NCBI GenBank assembly: GCA_027459745.1
Contig: DAIDHL010000002.1
Coordinates: forward strand, 191,310-255,309
Reading direction: 5' to 3'
Origin: Candidatus Levyibacteriota bacterium
GTDB taxonomy: Bacteria > Patescibacteriota > Microgenomatia > Levybacterales > UBA12049
DNA length: 64,000 nucleotides
The position numbers were made by a program, and so were the translations under genes. The notes under the pieces were generated by a model, which was not told the DNA's origin, ran no database searches, and was given only the letters and a program-made list of their open reading frames with translations. Of this stretch, positions 26,948-35,811 are shown piece after piece; position 1 is the stretch's first letter, and every line of letters starts with the position of its first letter.

Positions 26948-28384
26948 TTACCTAATAACCCCCTTGGACAGGTAGATGAGCAGCCCGCCAAGTATAACAG
27001 GAATTAGCGCAATTATCATACTGGTTGTAGCAGAATCACTTCCAGTCACAGGTGTGCCTGTGAGGTGCGGAGTGTTTGTAATACTTGCTTGAGCAATAAC
27101 ATTGCTTGGGACAATGGTGGTAGTAGGAGTAAGGGTTGGTTTAAGGGTAGGGGTGGCTGTAGGCACAATAGTGGCCGTAGGAGTAGGACTAGTTGATGGA
27201 TTAGGAGTAGCAGATACTATGGTCGGCGAAATCGTTGGAGTATTCGTAATAGTTAGAGTTGGGGTTATAGTTGGTGATACTTCCACAGATGGAACCAAAA
27301 ATTGTCCGCCCGACGCATATACATAAAAGGTTGAAGACACAGTATGAGAGAGTCCTAAATTGTCTAATGCGGTAATTGTGATGGTATGTTGTCCAGGAGC
27401 CAAATTCGTAGAAGGAATATATTGCCAATTACCATATTTGTCTGTAGTTACGGAAGTAGAGATTGCATTAGAAGAATGAATAGATATAGTTACGTCTGTA
27501 CCAGGAGCAGCAGTTCCTGCAAAAGTTGGCTGTTGGTCGGCAAAAGCCTGACCTTGGGTGGGACTTGTTATGCTAACATTTTTCTGTACAGTTTTGCTAA
27601 AAGTGGTAGTTGGTAAACCAGAGGAGGAAGCAATATTTGTGCCAGTAGGGATAGTGGCGGAAAAGTCATAATTGTTGCCTAGGACGATGGTGGGCACTGT
27701 TTGGGTCAACCCATTAGGAATAGTAAGCGTGGTTTGTTGGCCGTCAGCTTGGACAAGTAGATAAATTTTAGCAAGAGAAAGGTTTAGATTGTTATTTGTT
27801 GAATTAAGGAAATTAGAACTATCTAAACTGTAACTACCATCATTTGCCACTAAGACAGATAAATCCTCTACTCCAGAAGCAGTAGCATAAACAATAGCTT
27901 CCTGATCTAAAGCTGCAGGAATTATAACTTTCCCCTTTAATTCTTGAGAAGATAGTTTATTTTCTGGAGGCGAAAGGGTCTTTATAGAATAAGGGTGTCC
28001 ACCATTCTCATATGTATTCCCGCCGGATAAGATATTAAAGAGGTAATTTGTATCTGGCTGTAGATTTTTTAATGTAAAGTAATGTAATTTATGGTTATTT
28101 GATGTGTTGGTATTATCACGATCATCAAAAACGACAGTGTTTGCTTGACCTGCTTGTTGATAAGAAATAGTTCCGCTAGTAGATTCTGTCGTTGTGTAGC
28201 TAATAGTAAAACTAGTAGAGCTTAAGTTAGTTATGCGTATGTTCTCAGGTTGTCCACTGCCTGACGCTTGGCTAAAAGGATTTACCTTGTTTTGCGTAAC
28301 AAAAGAGACAGTAAAAAAACCTAGTATTAATAAAAAGACTATAGATAGCCCTGGTATTCTTCTTTCTAAGAATGATTGTTTCAT
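26948..28384 (-). CDS. Cell-surface protein: signal/anchor, Fn3-like domain, Thr/Pro-rich stalk, C-terminal TM anchor
   Basis: An N-terminal hydrophobic signal is followed by the ITNLSSTSFTISYTT beta-sandwich pattern. A long PT-rich linker follows (PTITPTLTITNTPTISPTIV...TPTLKPTLTPTTT). The C-terminus has a hydrophobic helix plus KGVIR. Confidence 0.5.
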   Translation of the reverse strand: MKQSFLERRIPGLSIVFLLILGFFTVSFVTQNKVNPFSQASGSGQPENIRITNLSSTSFTISYTTTESTSGTISYQQAGQANTVVFDDRDNTNTSNNHKLHYFTLKNLQPDTNYLFNILSGGNTYENGGHPYSIKTLSPPENKLSSQELKGKVIIPAALDQEAIVYATASGVEDLSVLVANDGSYSLDSSNFLNSTNNNLNLSLAKIYLLVQADGQQTTLTIPNGLTQTVPTIVLGNNYDFSATIPTGTNIASSSGLPTTTFSKTVQKNVSITSPTQGQAFADQQPTFAGTAAPGTDVTISIHSSNAISTSVTTDKYGNWQYIPSTNLAPGQHTITITALDNLGLSHTVSSTFYVYASGGQFLVPSVEVSPTITPTLTITNTPTISPTIVSATPNPSTSPTPTATIVPTATPTLKPTLTPTTTIVPSNVIAQASITNTPHLTGTPVTGSDSATTSMIIALIPVILGGLLIYLSKGVIR

Positions 28385-28764
28385 GGTAATGGTCCTGATG
28401 GTGTTATAACGACTGGTGTTTGGGTAGGCGTCGGATTGGCTGAGGTGGTTGCATTATTTTCTACTGTGTTCAAATCTTTGAGAAGACTAGAAGAAGATGC
28501 TGAAATAGGAAGTGTCGCTGATAAGTTGGCGGAGATAGTGGCGGAAGGATTATTAATTGAATATATTGGGGTGACTTGTTTTCTGTTTTGTATCAGTCGT
28601 ATTACCGATTGATTAAAAGAGTCAGGAATGGGTTGTACAATTAATTGTAAATCAGGGTTAATAGTAGATGTAGAAAAGATATGATAAATGCTAGAAACAA
28701 TCCAGGCAATCACAAAAAAAAGAGTAGAGTAAAGTAGGAATATTATATTTTTTTGTATTTTCAT
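28381..28764 (-). CDS. Small single-pass membrane protein with S/T-rich disordered tail (PilP-like?)
   Basis: The 127-aa product has an N-terminal TM helix. It is translationally coupled (4-bp overlap) to the downstream surface protein. Confidence 0.35.
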   Translation of the reverse strand: MKIQKNIIFLLYSTLFFVIAWIVSSIYHIFSTSTINPDLQLIVQPIPDSFNQSVIRLIQNRKQVTPIYSINNPSATISANLSATLPISASSSSLLKDLNTVENNATTSANPTPTQTPVVITPSGPLP

Positions 28765-28770
28765 AAGTAA

Positions 28771-29439
28771 TTAATTCTCTGAATATCCATATAATAATAC
28801 AGTTAAAGTTAGCGCGTTATCTGCAGGATTTTTAGATATTTCCAAAGAATGAATAGTCACAATCCTTTGTATTTGTACAATTTGACTTAGAAAATTCTGC
28901 ATATCTTGATAGCTTCCTTCAAAAGAGATAGACACAGCAAAAGTAGAAACATTGGCTGGTAGGTTCGATTCAGTACTATTCTTAACTGGTGAAATTGAAA
29001 GAGATTTTTGTACGAGGTTGTTAGCCTGACCTGTCGCTTGGATATCAGCTGCTAAGCCTTCTATCTCTGATGACTTGGGAATAGCATAGAATATCTCATT
29101 AAACACAGGCTGTGTCAGTAAATTTGTATATTGAGTTTGTAAGGAATGTAGAGCAGCTTTTTTTGTTTGTAATTGTTGAAATATTTGTTCTGCGTCACTA
29201 AGCTGTTTTTGTAAATCTACGACAGTCGATAAGGTGGGATAAATCGCAAAGATTGCTGCTAAAATTAAAGCTGACAGAGTCAAAAGAGTTTCTAAATAAT
29301 CTTGTGTTTTTTTCTTGCGTAAATCGGGCAAAATATGGATAGTAGAGAGGTACCTCCTTCTGTGAATAGATTCAAGGTTTTTCTCGTGTTGTGTCTTAGA
29401 TTTATCTGTGTCTGGATTTATTGGCTTTATATCTGGCAT
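28771..29439 (-). CDS. PilO-like bitopic membrane protein (cytoplasmic N-term, TM, coiled coil, periplasmic domain)
   Basis: The call rests on architecture only: TM LLTLSALILAAIFAIYPTL, then coiled coil LQKQLSDAEQIFQQLQTKKAALHSLQ. Confidence 0.3.
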   Translation of the reverse strand: MPDIKPINPDTDKSKTQHEKNLESIHRRRYLSTIHILPDLRKKKTQDYLETLLTLSALILAAIFAIYPTLSTVVDLQKQLSDAEQIFQQLQTKKAALHSLQTQYTNLLTQPVFNEIFYAIPKSSEIEGLAADIQATGQANNLVQKSLSISPVKNSTESNLPANVSTFAVSISFEGSYQDMQNFLSQIVQIQRIVTIHSLEISKNPADNALTLTVLLYGYSEN

Positions 29440-29447
29440 ATTAATTT

Positions 29448-29969
29448 TTAGTTTGTTGATATATTTAAAATCGCACTTACCTGTCCAGTTGAAATTTTGT
29501 TCTGAATATTTTCGATATTTATATCTGTAACATATCTAAGCTGTTTAATACTTGTAACAAAAGCATTAAGCTGCCCAATTGAATTGGTTGAAATAACAGC
29601 CAATTCTGATTTGTCAGAGATAGAAATATCAGTAAATGTAATGTTACCTTTTGCTACATCAATCAAGTCTTTTAATCGAGTTATACCGGTAGAAGAAGTA
29701 TTGCTTATTTGCCCAATAAGTTGAAGTCTTGCCTGCAAGTTGCGAAATAGAGTTTCAGAGTCAGACATTGCTTTAACAATAATCTTATCGTTTTGTATTT
29801 GATCGTGTAAGTTAGTAAGCCTGTAATCAACAGTAAATCTATACAAAAATGCAACTAATGCTACAGAATATGTAAGCATGATAACCATACGCCCATATGT
29901 GAGCGTCCATTGTACTATGCGGTCTATAACATTACTTTGTTGTTCTTGAAAGAAATTTATTGAACTCAT
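29448..29969 (-). CDS. PilN-like bitopic membrane protein
   Basis: A short N-terminal tail is followed by a TM (MVIMLTYSVALVAFLY) and a coiled coil. It is the first gene of a coupled four-gene operon. No pilM is adjacent. Confidence 0.3.
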   Translation of the reverse strand: MSSINFFQEQQSNVIDRIVQWTLTYGRMVIMLTYSVALVAFLYRFTVDYRLTNLHDQIQNDKIIVKAMSDSETLFRNLQARLQLIGQISNTSSTGITRLKDLIDVAKGNITFTDISISDKSELAVISTNSIGQLNAFVTSIKQLRYVTDINIENIQNKISTGQVSAILNISTN

Positions 29970-30148
29970 ATGGTATTAATTTAGTCTAGGAAGTTTGGGT
30001 GAGTTTGTCAAAGCTCAAAGCGTGTTTAGAGAAATAAAAATCTTGCTAACAATAGGCGTCTGGGCTGTATAGCGTAGCTATTAGAAATATGATATACTAT
30101 TTATGTCAAAAGATAGATAAATCATAAATCTGACTTTTGGCGTTTTTT

Positions 30149-32257
30149 ATGGCAGATGACAAATCACGTATCTATCCTTTAGACAAAATTCGCAACATTG
30201 GCATTATTGCTCATATTGACGCGGGTAAAACTACCACTACTGAACGCATTCTTTTTTATACAGGAAAATCTTACAAAATTGGAGATATTGACGAAGGTAA
30301 TACCCAAATGGATTGGATGGAACAAGAAAAAGAACGTGGAATTACAATTGTGTCTGCTGCCACGACTACTTTTTGGAAAGGCAATCGTATTAATATCATT
30401 GATACTCCTGGTCACGTAGATTTTACGGCTGAAGTCGAACGCTCGTTGCGTGTGTTAGATGGGGGCATTACTGTTTTAGACGCAGAAGAAGGCGTACAAT
30501 CTCAATCTGAAACAGTGTGGCGTCAAGCGGATAAATATAAAGTTCCACGTATTTGTTTTGTAAATAAAATGGACAAGTTAGGAGCAGACTTTTTAGCTAC
30601 AGTTAAAAGCATAGAAGTACGTTTGGGTGCCAATCCAGCTATTATGGTTTTACCAATTGGTGCAGAAAGTACATATGTGGGTAATATTGATTTATTAACA
30701 CGTCAAGCAATTGTTTGGAATTCTGAAGATTTAGGAGCCAAGTTTGATGTTTCTGACAACATCCCAGAAGACATGAAAGCCCAAGTTGAAGAATATAGAG
30801 CGAAATTAATTGAAAAAATATCTGAAACTGATGATGCATTACTTGAGAAATATTTAGCCGGTGAAGAACCTTCCATTGAAGAATTAAAAATTGCTTTGCG
30901 TAAAGCGGTTATCGCTTATAAACTAGTGCCAATTTATGCTGGTACCAGCTTGCGTAATAAAGGGGTACAACCGTTGTTAGATGCTGTTATTGATTATCTT
31001 CCATCGCCTCAAGATTTGGACCATGTTACAGGTATTAATCCCAAGACTAACGAGCCAGAAACTCGCCAATTAGTTCCAGATGAATCATTAGCTGGCTTGG
31101 CTTTCAAAATTCAAAATGATCCACATGTCGGTAAATTGACTTATTTCCGTGTTTATTCGGGTAAAATTGTGGCTGGTTCTTATATCTACAACACTACTAA
31201 AAATGTCCGAGAGCGCGTTGGCCGTTTATTATTAATGCATGCTAATCAACGTGAAGAAATCAAAGAAGCTTATGCTGGAGAAATCGTCGGTATTGTGGGT
31301 CTTAAGGATACTATTACGGGAGACACCTTATGTGATGAAGAGCATCCAATCGTTTTAGAAAAAATTACCTTCCCAGAACCAGTTATTTCTTTGGCTATTG
31401 AGCCTAAAACTAAATCAGATCAAGAAAAACTTGGCTATGCCTTGAAACATTTAATGGATGAAGATCCAACCTTTAGAGTAAAAACTAACCATGAAACAGG
31501 TCAAACCATTATTTCCGGTATTGGTGAATTGCAGTTGGAAGTTATGGTTGATCGCATGAAGCGTGAATTTAATGTGTTGGCCAATGTTGGTGCCCCACAA
31601 GTAGCTTATAAAGAAACAGTCGAAAAAGAAGGTCAAGCTGAAGGCAAGTATATTCGCCAGTCAGGTGGACGTGGACAATATGGACATTGTTATCTGAGAG
31701 TGGAACCAAAACCTCGTGGTGAAGGTTATGAATTCGTCGATGCCATCAAAGGTGGAGCTATTCCTGCAGAATTCGTGACAGCTGTTGAAAAAGGTGTTAA
31801 AGAGTCTTTAGACACAGGTGTCTTGCTTGGCTATCCTTTAGTAGATTTGAAGGTAACCTGTTATGACGGATCTTTTCACGAAGTTGATTCGAATGAAATG
31901 GCCTTTAAGATCGCTGCATCGATGGCTTTGCGTGAAGCATGCAAAAAGGCCAACTTGATGTTGCTTGAGCCTATTATGAAAGTTGAAGTAACTACCCCCT
32001 CTGAATTTATGGGAGATATTATCGGTGACCTTTCTTCAAAAAGAGCACAAATCATGGGCACGGAAGAACACAACCGTGCAACTATTGTGAATGCGACTGT
32101 ACCATTGTCTGAATTATCAGGGTATGCTACTCAATTACGTAGTATGTCTCAGGGACGTGCATCTTATTACATGGAGCCAAGTCACTATGAACAGGTTCCC
32201 AACAATTTAGTTCAACAAATGTTGGCTAAATCCACTTTCACCGGTAGAGTAGAGTAA
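30149..32257 (+). CDS. fusA: Elongation factor G
   Basis: G1 [10 protein letters not shown]3 DTPGH and G4 NKMD are present, and domains II-V are full length. The product is about 700 aa. The ATG at 30149 is preferred over the track's TTG at 30137. Confidence 0.9.
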   Translation: MADDKSRIYPLDKIRNIGIIAHIDAGKTTTTERILFYTGKSYKIGDIDEGNTQMDWMEQEKERGITIVSAATTTFWKGNRINIIDTPGHVDFTAEVERSLRVLDGGITVLDAEEGVQSQSETVWRQADKYKVPRICFVNKMDKLGADFLATVKSIEVRLGANPAIMVLPIGAESTYVGNIDLLTRQAIVWNSEDLGAKFDVSDNIPEDMKAQVEEYRAKLIEKISETDDALLEKYLAGEEPSIEELKIALRKAVIAYKLVPIYAGTSLRNKGVQPLLDAVIDYLPSPQDLDHVTGINPKTNEPETRQLVPDESLAGLAFKIQNDPHVGKLTYFRVYSGKIVAGSYIYNTTKNVRERVGRLLLMHANQREEIKEAYAGEIVGIVGLKDTITGDTLCDEEHPIVLEKITFPEPVISLAIEPKTKSDQEKLGYALKHLMDEDPTFRVKTNHETGQTIISGIGELQLEVMVDRMKREFNVLANVGAPQVAYKETVEKEGQAEGKYIRQSGGRGQYGHCYLRVEPKPRGEGYEFVDAIKGGAIPAEFVTAVEKGVKESLDTGVLLGYPLVDLKVTCYDGSFHEVDSNEMAFKIAASMALREACKKANLMLLEPIMKVEVTTPSEFMGDIIGDLSSKRAQIMGTEEHNRATIVNATVPLSELSGYATQLRSMSQGRASYYMEPSHYEQVPNNLVQQMLAKSTFTGRVE

Positions 32258-32294
32258 TTGACAAATACCCAACTTCAGCTATACACTTAAAACA

Positions 32295-32801
32295 ATGAGT
32301 ACATTGAATCCACCTACATATAGATATATCTTCTTCAAGAACATGATTTTATACGTTGTGATGGCTTGTATCATTTGGGGAATTTATATCTTAGCTTTTA
32401 GCACTAGTAGACAAGGAACCTCTACTAGTGACTTATTGCTTTCTGGGGGTATTTTTGGTGGTATAGGTTTAGCTATTATTTTGATTGGTTTGCTTTGGAG
32501 TTGGTTATATGTAGTTTTACTTGCTAAAAATTACTCTTATGACTTACAAGACAATGCTTTAATTATTCGTAAAGGCCTTCTATCTGTATCAACGATATCG
32601 ATACCATTTGCAAGAATTATTAATGCCACCTATAGCCAATCTATTTTTCAGCGCATATTTGCCGTTGGTACAATAAAAATCGATCAAGAGGATACATCAT
32701 ATTCTTGGAATGACATTGATATGCAAAGTTCAGATAAAATCATGAATGCAGTTTCGCATAAGAGCAATATTCAACCTATCTCCACCAATATTAAAAAGTA
32801 A
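32295..32801 (+). CDS. Bacterial PH-domain (bPH_2/YdbS-like) membrane protein
   Basis: Two N-terminal TM helices are followed by a YSYDLQDNALIIRKGLLSVSTISIPFARI pattern. Confidence 0.5.
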   Translation: MSTLNPPTYRYIFFKNMILYVVMACIIWGIYILAFSTSRQGTSTSDLLLSGGIFGGIGLAIILIGLLWSWLYVVLLAKNYSYDLQDNALIIRKGLLSVSTISIPFARIINATYSQSIFQRIFAVGTIKIDQEDTSYSWNDIDMQSSDKIMNAVSHKSNIQPISTNIKK

Positions 32802-32820
32802 ACTTCTCTTTAAAAATAAT

Positions 32821-33411
32821 TTATAGTCTTTTATATGCAGCTATTATTCTTTGTACAAAAGTGAAAGCAGAGAGAAGAATTAGCATAACAAATACTGCTT
32901 CAAGCAAATTTAAGTTTAAAACTTTAAAATTAGGCCAGAGTATATAAGCAATGAGTGAAAAAAAGATGATAGCCAAGCGTTCGGTTCTTTCTATTAATCC
33001 AACAGCAAACACTTGTTTGGCTCCGCTAGCTAGTTCTGCTCGTGATCGGGAATAACTGACTAGATAAGAAATGGCAATTAAGAATACACAAATTTGCCAG
33101 CTTACAATATTGGCAAAAGCAAAGCTCATAATCAGGAAAAAATCAGCGATTCTATCAAATGTTGAATCCATAAAGCCGCCAAAGGCAGTCTTTTTATTAA
33201 ATCTTTTGGCTACTGCACCATCCAAAGTATCAAAAGCGTTGCCCAGAAATGCCACTAAAGCCCAGCCATACTGATGATTTAAAATTAAAATAAAGAACAG
33301 AATTGATGGTACAATACCAATGAGAGTTAAGAGGTTGGGAGAAACTGAGGCAAGAGGAGAGACAAGTTTTTGGGTAGTTTTATCGATGGTTGGTTTAAAA
33401 ATTGATAACAT
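32821..33411 (-). CDS. CDP-alcohol phosphatidyltransferase (PgsA-like)
   Basis: The full family signature D-G-x2-A-R-x8-G-x3-D-x3-D is present: DTLDGAVAKRFNKKTAFGGFMDSTFDRIAD. The product is 196 aa and polytopic. Confidence 0.75.
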   Translation of the reverse strand: MLSIFKPTIDKTTQKLVSPLASVSPNLLTLIGIVPSILFFILILNHQYGWALVAFLGNAFDTLDGAVAKRFNKKTAFGGFMDSTFDRIADFFLIMSFAFANIVSWQICVFLIAISYLVSYSRSRAELASGAKQVFAVGLIERTERLAIIFFSLIAYILWPNFKVLNLNLLEAVFVMLILLSAFTFVQRIIAAYKRL

Positions 33412-33542
33412 AAAAATATTAGTTGTTTTAGCGACAAAGTAGATCTTGATGGGGTCCTTCGACTCCTTCGTAAACTCGGTCGCTCAGGATGACAAAAAGA
33501 ATTTAAAGATTATAATTCTTTCTGTCAATTGCTTATGCTTAT

Positions 33543-34232
33543 ATGAATACTATAAAGATAGATCTGCATACTCATTCTATTTTATCACCTGACGGTGGTT
33601 TAAGCGAGAATGACTATCAGAGCTTATTAAATAAAGGAATATTGGATTATATTGCCATAACTGATCACAATCGGATCGATTTCGCACAAAAAATGCACAC
33701 ACTTTTAGGTGATAAAATAATTGTCGGTGAAGAGATTAGCACAAGTGATGGGGAAATAATTGGTTTATTTTTAAATAAATCAATCGACAAAGGTTTAACT
33801 ACGTTTCAAACTATACAACAAATAAAAAAACAACAGGGATTAGTTTGTATACCACACCCATTTGAAACTATGCGTAAGGGTTTGCCGGAAAAAATCTTAA
33901 AGGAAATAATTAAAGAGGTGGATTTAATGGAAGTATTTAATGGACGTAGCTTGCAACCCGCGACGCGTAAATTGGCATTAGAGTTTATTGATAAATACAA
34001 TAAAGTCGGAGTTGCTAATAGTGATGCACATTGTAGAGTGGGAATTGGTAAAACATATAATTCAATTGATAAAAAACCGCTTAAACAAACGTTGGTAAGC
34101 TTATTAAAACAAGGAAACAGGCATGAAATAGCTTCTCCTTGGCTGGCTTATTTATGTCCCAAAGTTAATAGATTTAGAAATGTCATTCTGAACGTGTTTC
34201 AGAATCTTAATTTAAAAGAAATGCTGAAATGA
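33543..34232 (+). CDS. PHP-domain metal-dependent phosphoesterase
   Basis: The N-terminal IDLHTHS and IAITDHN histidine motifs are present. Later His/Asp residues follow (IPHPFE, NSDAH). The product is 229 aa. Confidence 0.65.
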   Translation: MNTIKIDLHTHSILSPDGGLSENDYQSLLNKGILDYIAITDHNRIDFAQKMHTLLGDKIIVGEEISTSDGEIIGLFLNKSIDKGLTTFQTIQQIKKQQGLVCIPHPFETMRKGLPEKILKEIIKEVDLMEVFNGRSLQPATRKLALEFIDKYNKVGVANSDAHCRVGIGKTYNSIDKKPLKQTLVSLLKQGNRHEIASPWLAYLCPKVNRFRNVILNVFQNLNLKEMLK

Positions 34233-34247
34233 ATTCAGTATGACAGT

Positions 34248-35168
34248 TTGGTTTATTTTATGAAAAAAGTTATTTACTTACTCAATCCAAAATCTAGTGA
34301 TGGGAGAGCGCTAGAATCTTGGCAAAAAGCCAGAGAAAAATTTCATGGGTTGCCAGAACATCCCCATTTAATTACAGAAATCGCAAATGTGCAAGACTTT
34401 ATCGAAAAAGAAAGACCAGACATTATTGCCATAGGTGGTGGAGATGGCACTATCAATAAGGTTTGTCAGGCTGTTTTATCCTCTAAAACCAAACCATGTT
34501 TATCTATTTTACCTCTAGGGACGGGTAACGCACTATCGTTCTGCCTGGGAGTAGAAACGTTGGAAAAGGCAATATTTGTGTTGGAAAAACAACCCAAATC
34601 TATAACCATCGATATTATGCATACTAATATTCCGGAATTTCCATTAGGAGTATTCAATATTAGTGTCGGATTTGATGCACGTATAGTATTTAATAGGGTA
34701 AATTATCGTTATATTGGTTTGAAATCATATATTTTTTCTGGCATCAGGAGTTTTTTTGGCCACCCAGAACGTGAAATTACATTTACTATTGATAAAAAAG
34801 TGACTTTAAAAGCTACGGCTAGTTCCTTGGTGGTAGCCAATTCACCGGTTTTAGGACAAAATCTTCTAATTTCTCCGCGGGCTAGGCTAAATGATGGTTT
34901 GTTAGATTGTACGTTATTTTCCACTAAATATGCCTATATGCAGAATCTGCGCTTGCGTGGTTTTAAGCATCCCTTTTATACGGAATTGGGTAAAGTGCAT
35001 TTCAAAGCGTCACATCTTTCTATTCAAGGTGAGCCCTATGTACAAATTGATGGAGATCCGGTGGTTAGGCAGGAAGGAATTGAAGTGTCGGTTCTGCCAA
35101 GTAAAATTACTTTTTTGCGTAACTTTGATGATCATATAGAGCAGAATTATAAGTCGTTTGTAGTATAG
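34248..35168 (+). CDS. Diacylglycerol/lipid kinase catalytic-domain protein (DgkB/YegS-like)
   Basis: The DAGK_cat signature IIAIGGGDGTINKV is present, and PLGTGNAL follows downstream. The product is 306 aa. Confidence 0.7.
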   Translation: MVYFMKKVIYLLNPKSSDGRALESWQKAREKFHGLPEHPHLITEIANVQDFIEKERPDIIAIGGGDGTINKVCQAVLSSKTKPCLSILPLGTGNALSFCLGVETLEKAIFVLEKQPKSITIDIMHTNIPEFPLGVFNISVGFDARIVFNRVNYRYIGLKSYIFSGIRSFFGHPEREITFTIDKKVTLKATASSLVVANSPVLGQNLLISPRARLNDGLLDCTLFSTKYAYMQNLRLRGFKHPFYTELGKVHFKASHLSIQGEPYVQIDGDPVVRQEGIEVSVLPSKITFLRNFDDHIEQNYKSFVV

Positions 35169-35259
35169 TTAGTAGGAAGGTCGAGTCATGACCTAAGTGG
35201 AAATTAGAAATTTTGTTCCGGCTCGCTTGAACTAGGTTAAGGATTATTAATACGAATCT

Positions 35260-35787
35260 ATGAATTATTTAATTTATGCTTTTTTGTTTTTTCTACCAGC
35301 TGGGATTGCCAATATGGCGCCGGTGTTAGTTAGTAAAATGCCGGGTTTGCGAGACTGGAATTACCCACTGGACAATTACACAAAGTTTAACGGTAAGCGA
35401 TTATTAGGTGATCATAAAACCTGGCGGGGATTATTGTCAGGAGTGATAGTGGGAATGTTAGTTGCCTGGGTGGAGGTAAGGATAATTGGGGGCATCGGGG
35501 TATTTAGGGAAGTAAATCCATTAGTTTTGGGAGGTTTGATGGGTTTGGGGGCATTGGTGGGAGATAGTGTCAAGAGTTTTTTCAAACGACAGCTGGGAAT
35601 TAAGTCGGGCCAAAGCTGGTTTCCTTTTGATCAAATAGATTATATAATAGGCGGAATTATATTTATTTTGCCGATTATTGTTTTATCCTGGCATATTTAT
35701 TTAACGATTTTTATTATCTATTTTTTACTGCATCTTCTGGTTTCTTTCCTTGGTTATCTTTTAAAGTTTAAATCGTCGCCTATCTAG
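35260..35787 (+). CDS. CarS-like CTP:lipid cytidylyltransferase (CDP-archaeol synthase family, DUF46) homolog
   Basis: The 175-aa polytopic protein has LPAGIANMAPVLV ... KRLLGDHKTWRGLLSGVIVG. I recall both segments as hallmark segments of the archaeal CarS family, but this comes from memory of that family, not from an alignment. Confidence 0.5.
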   Translation: MNYLIYAFLFFLPAGIANMAPVLVSKMPGLRDWNYPLDNYTKFNGKRLLGDHKTWRGLLSGVIVGMLVAWVEVRIIGGIGVFREVNPLVLGGLMGLGALVGDSVKSFFKRQLGIKSGQSWFPFDQIDYIIGGIIFILPIIVLSWHIYLTIFIIYFLLHLLVSFLGYLLKFKSSPI

Positions 35788-35811
35788 TCAATCAGTTATT
35801 GCTGCTATAAT

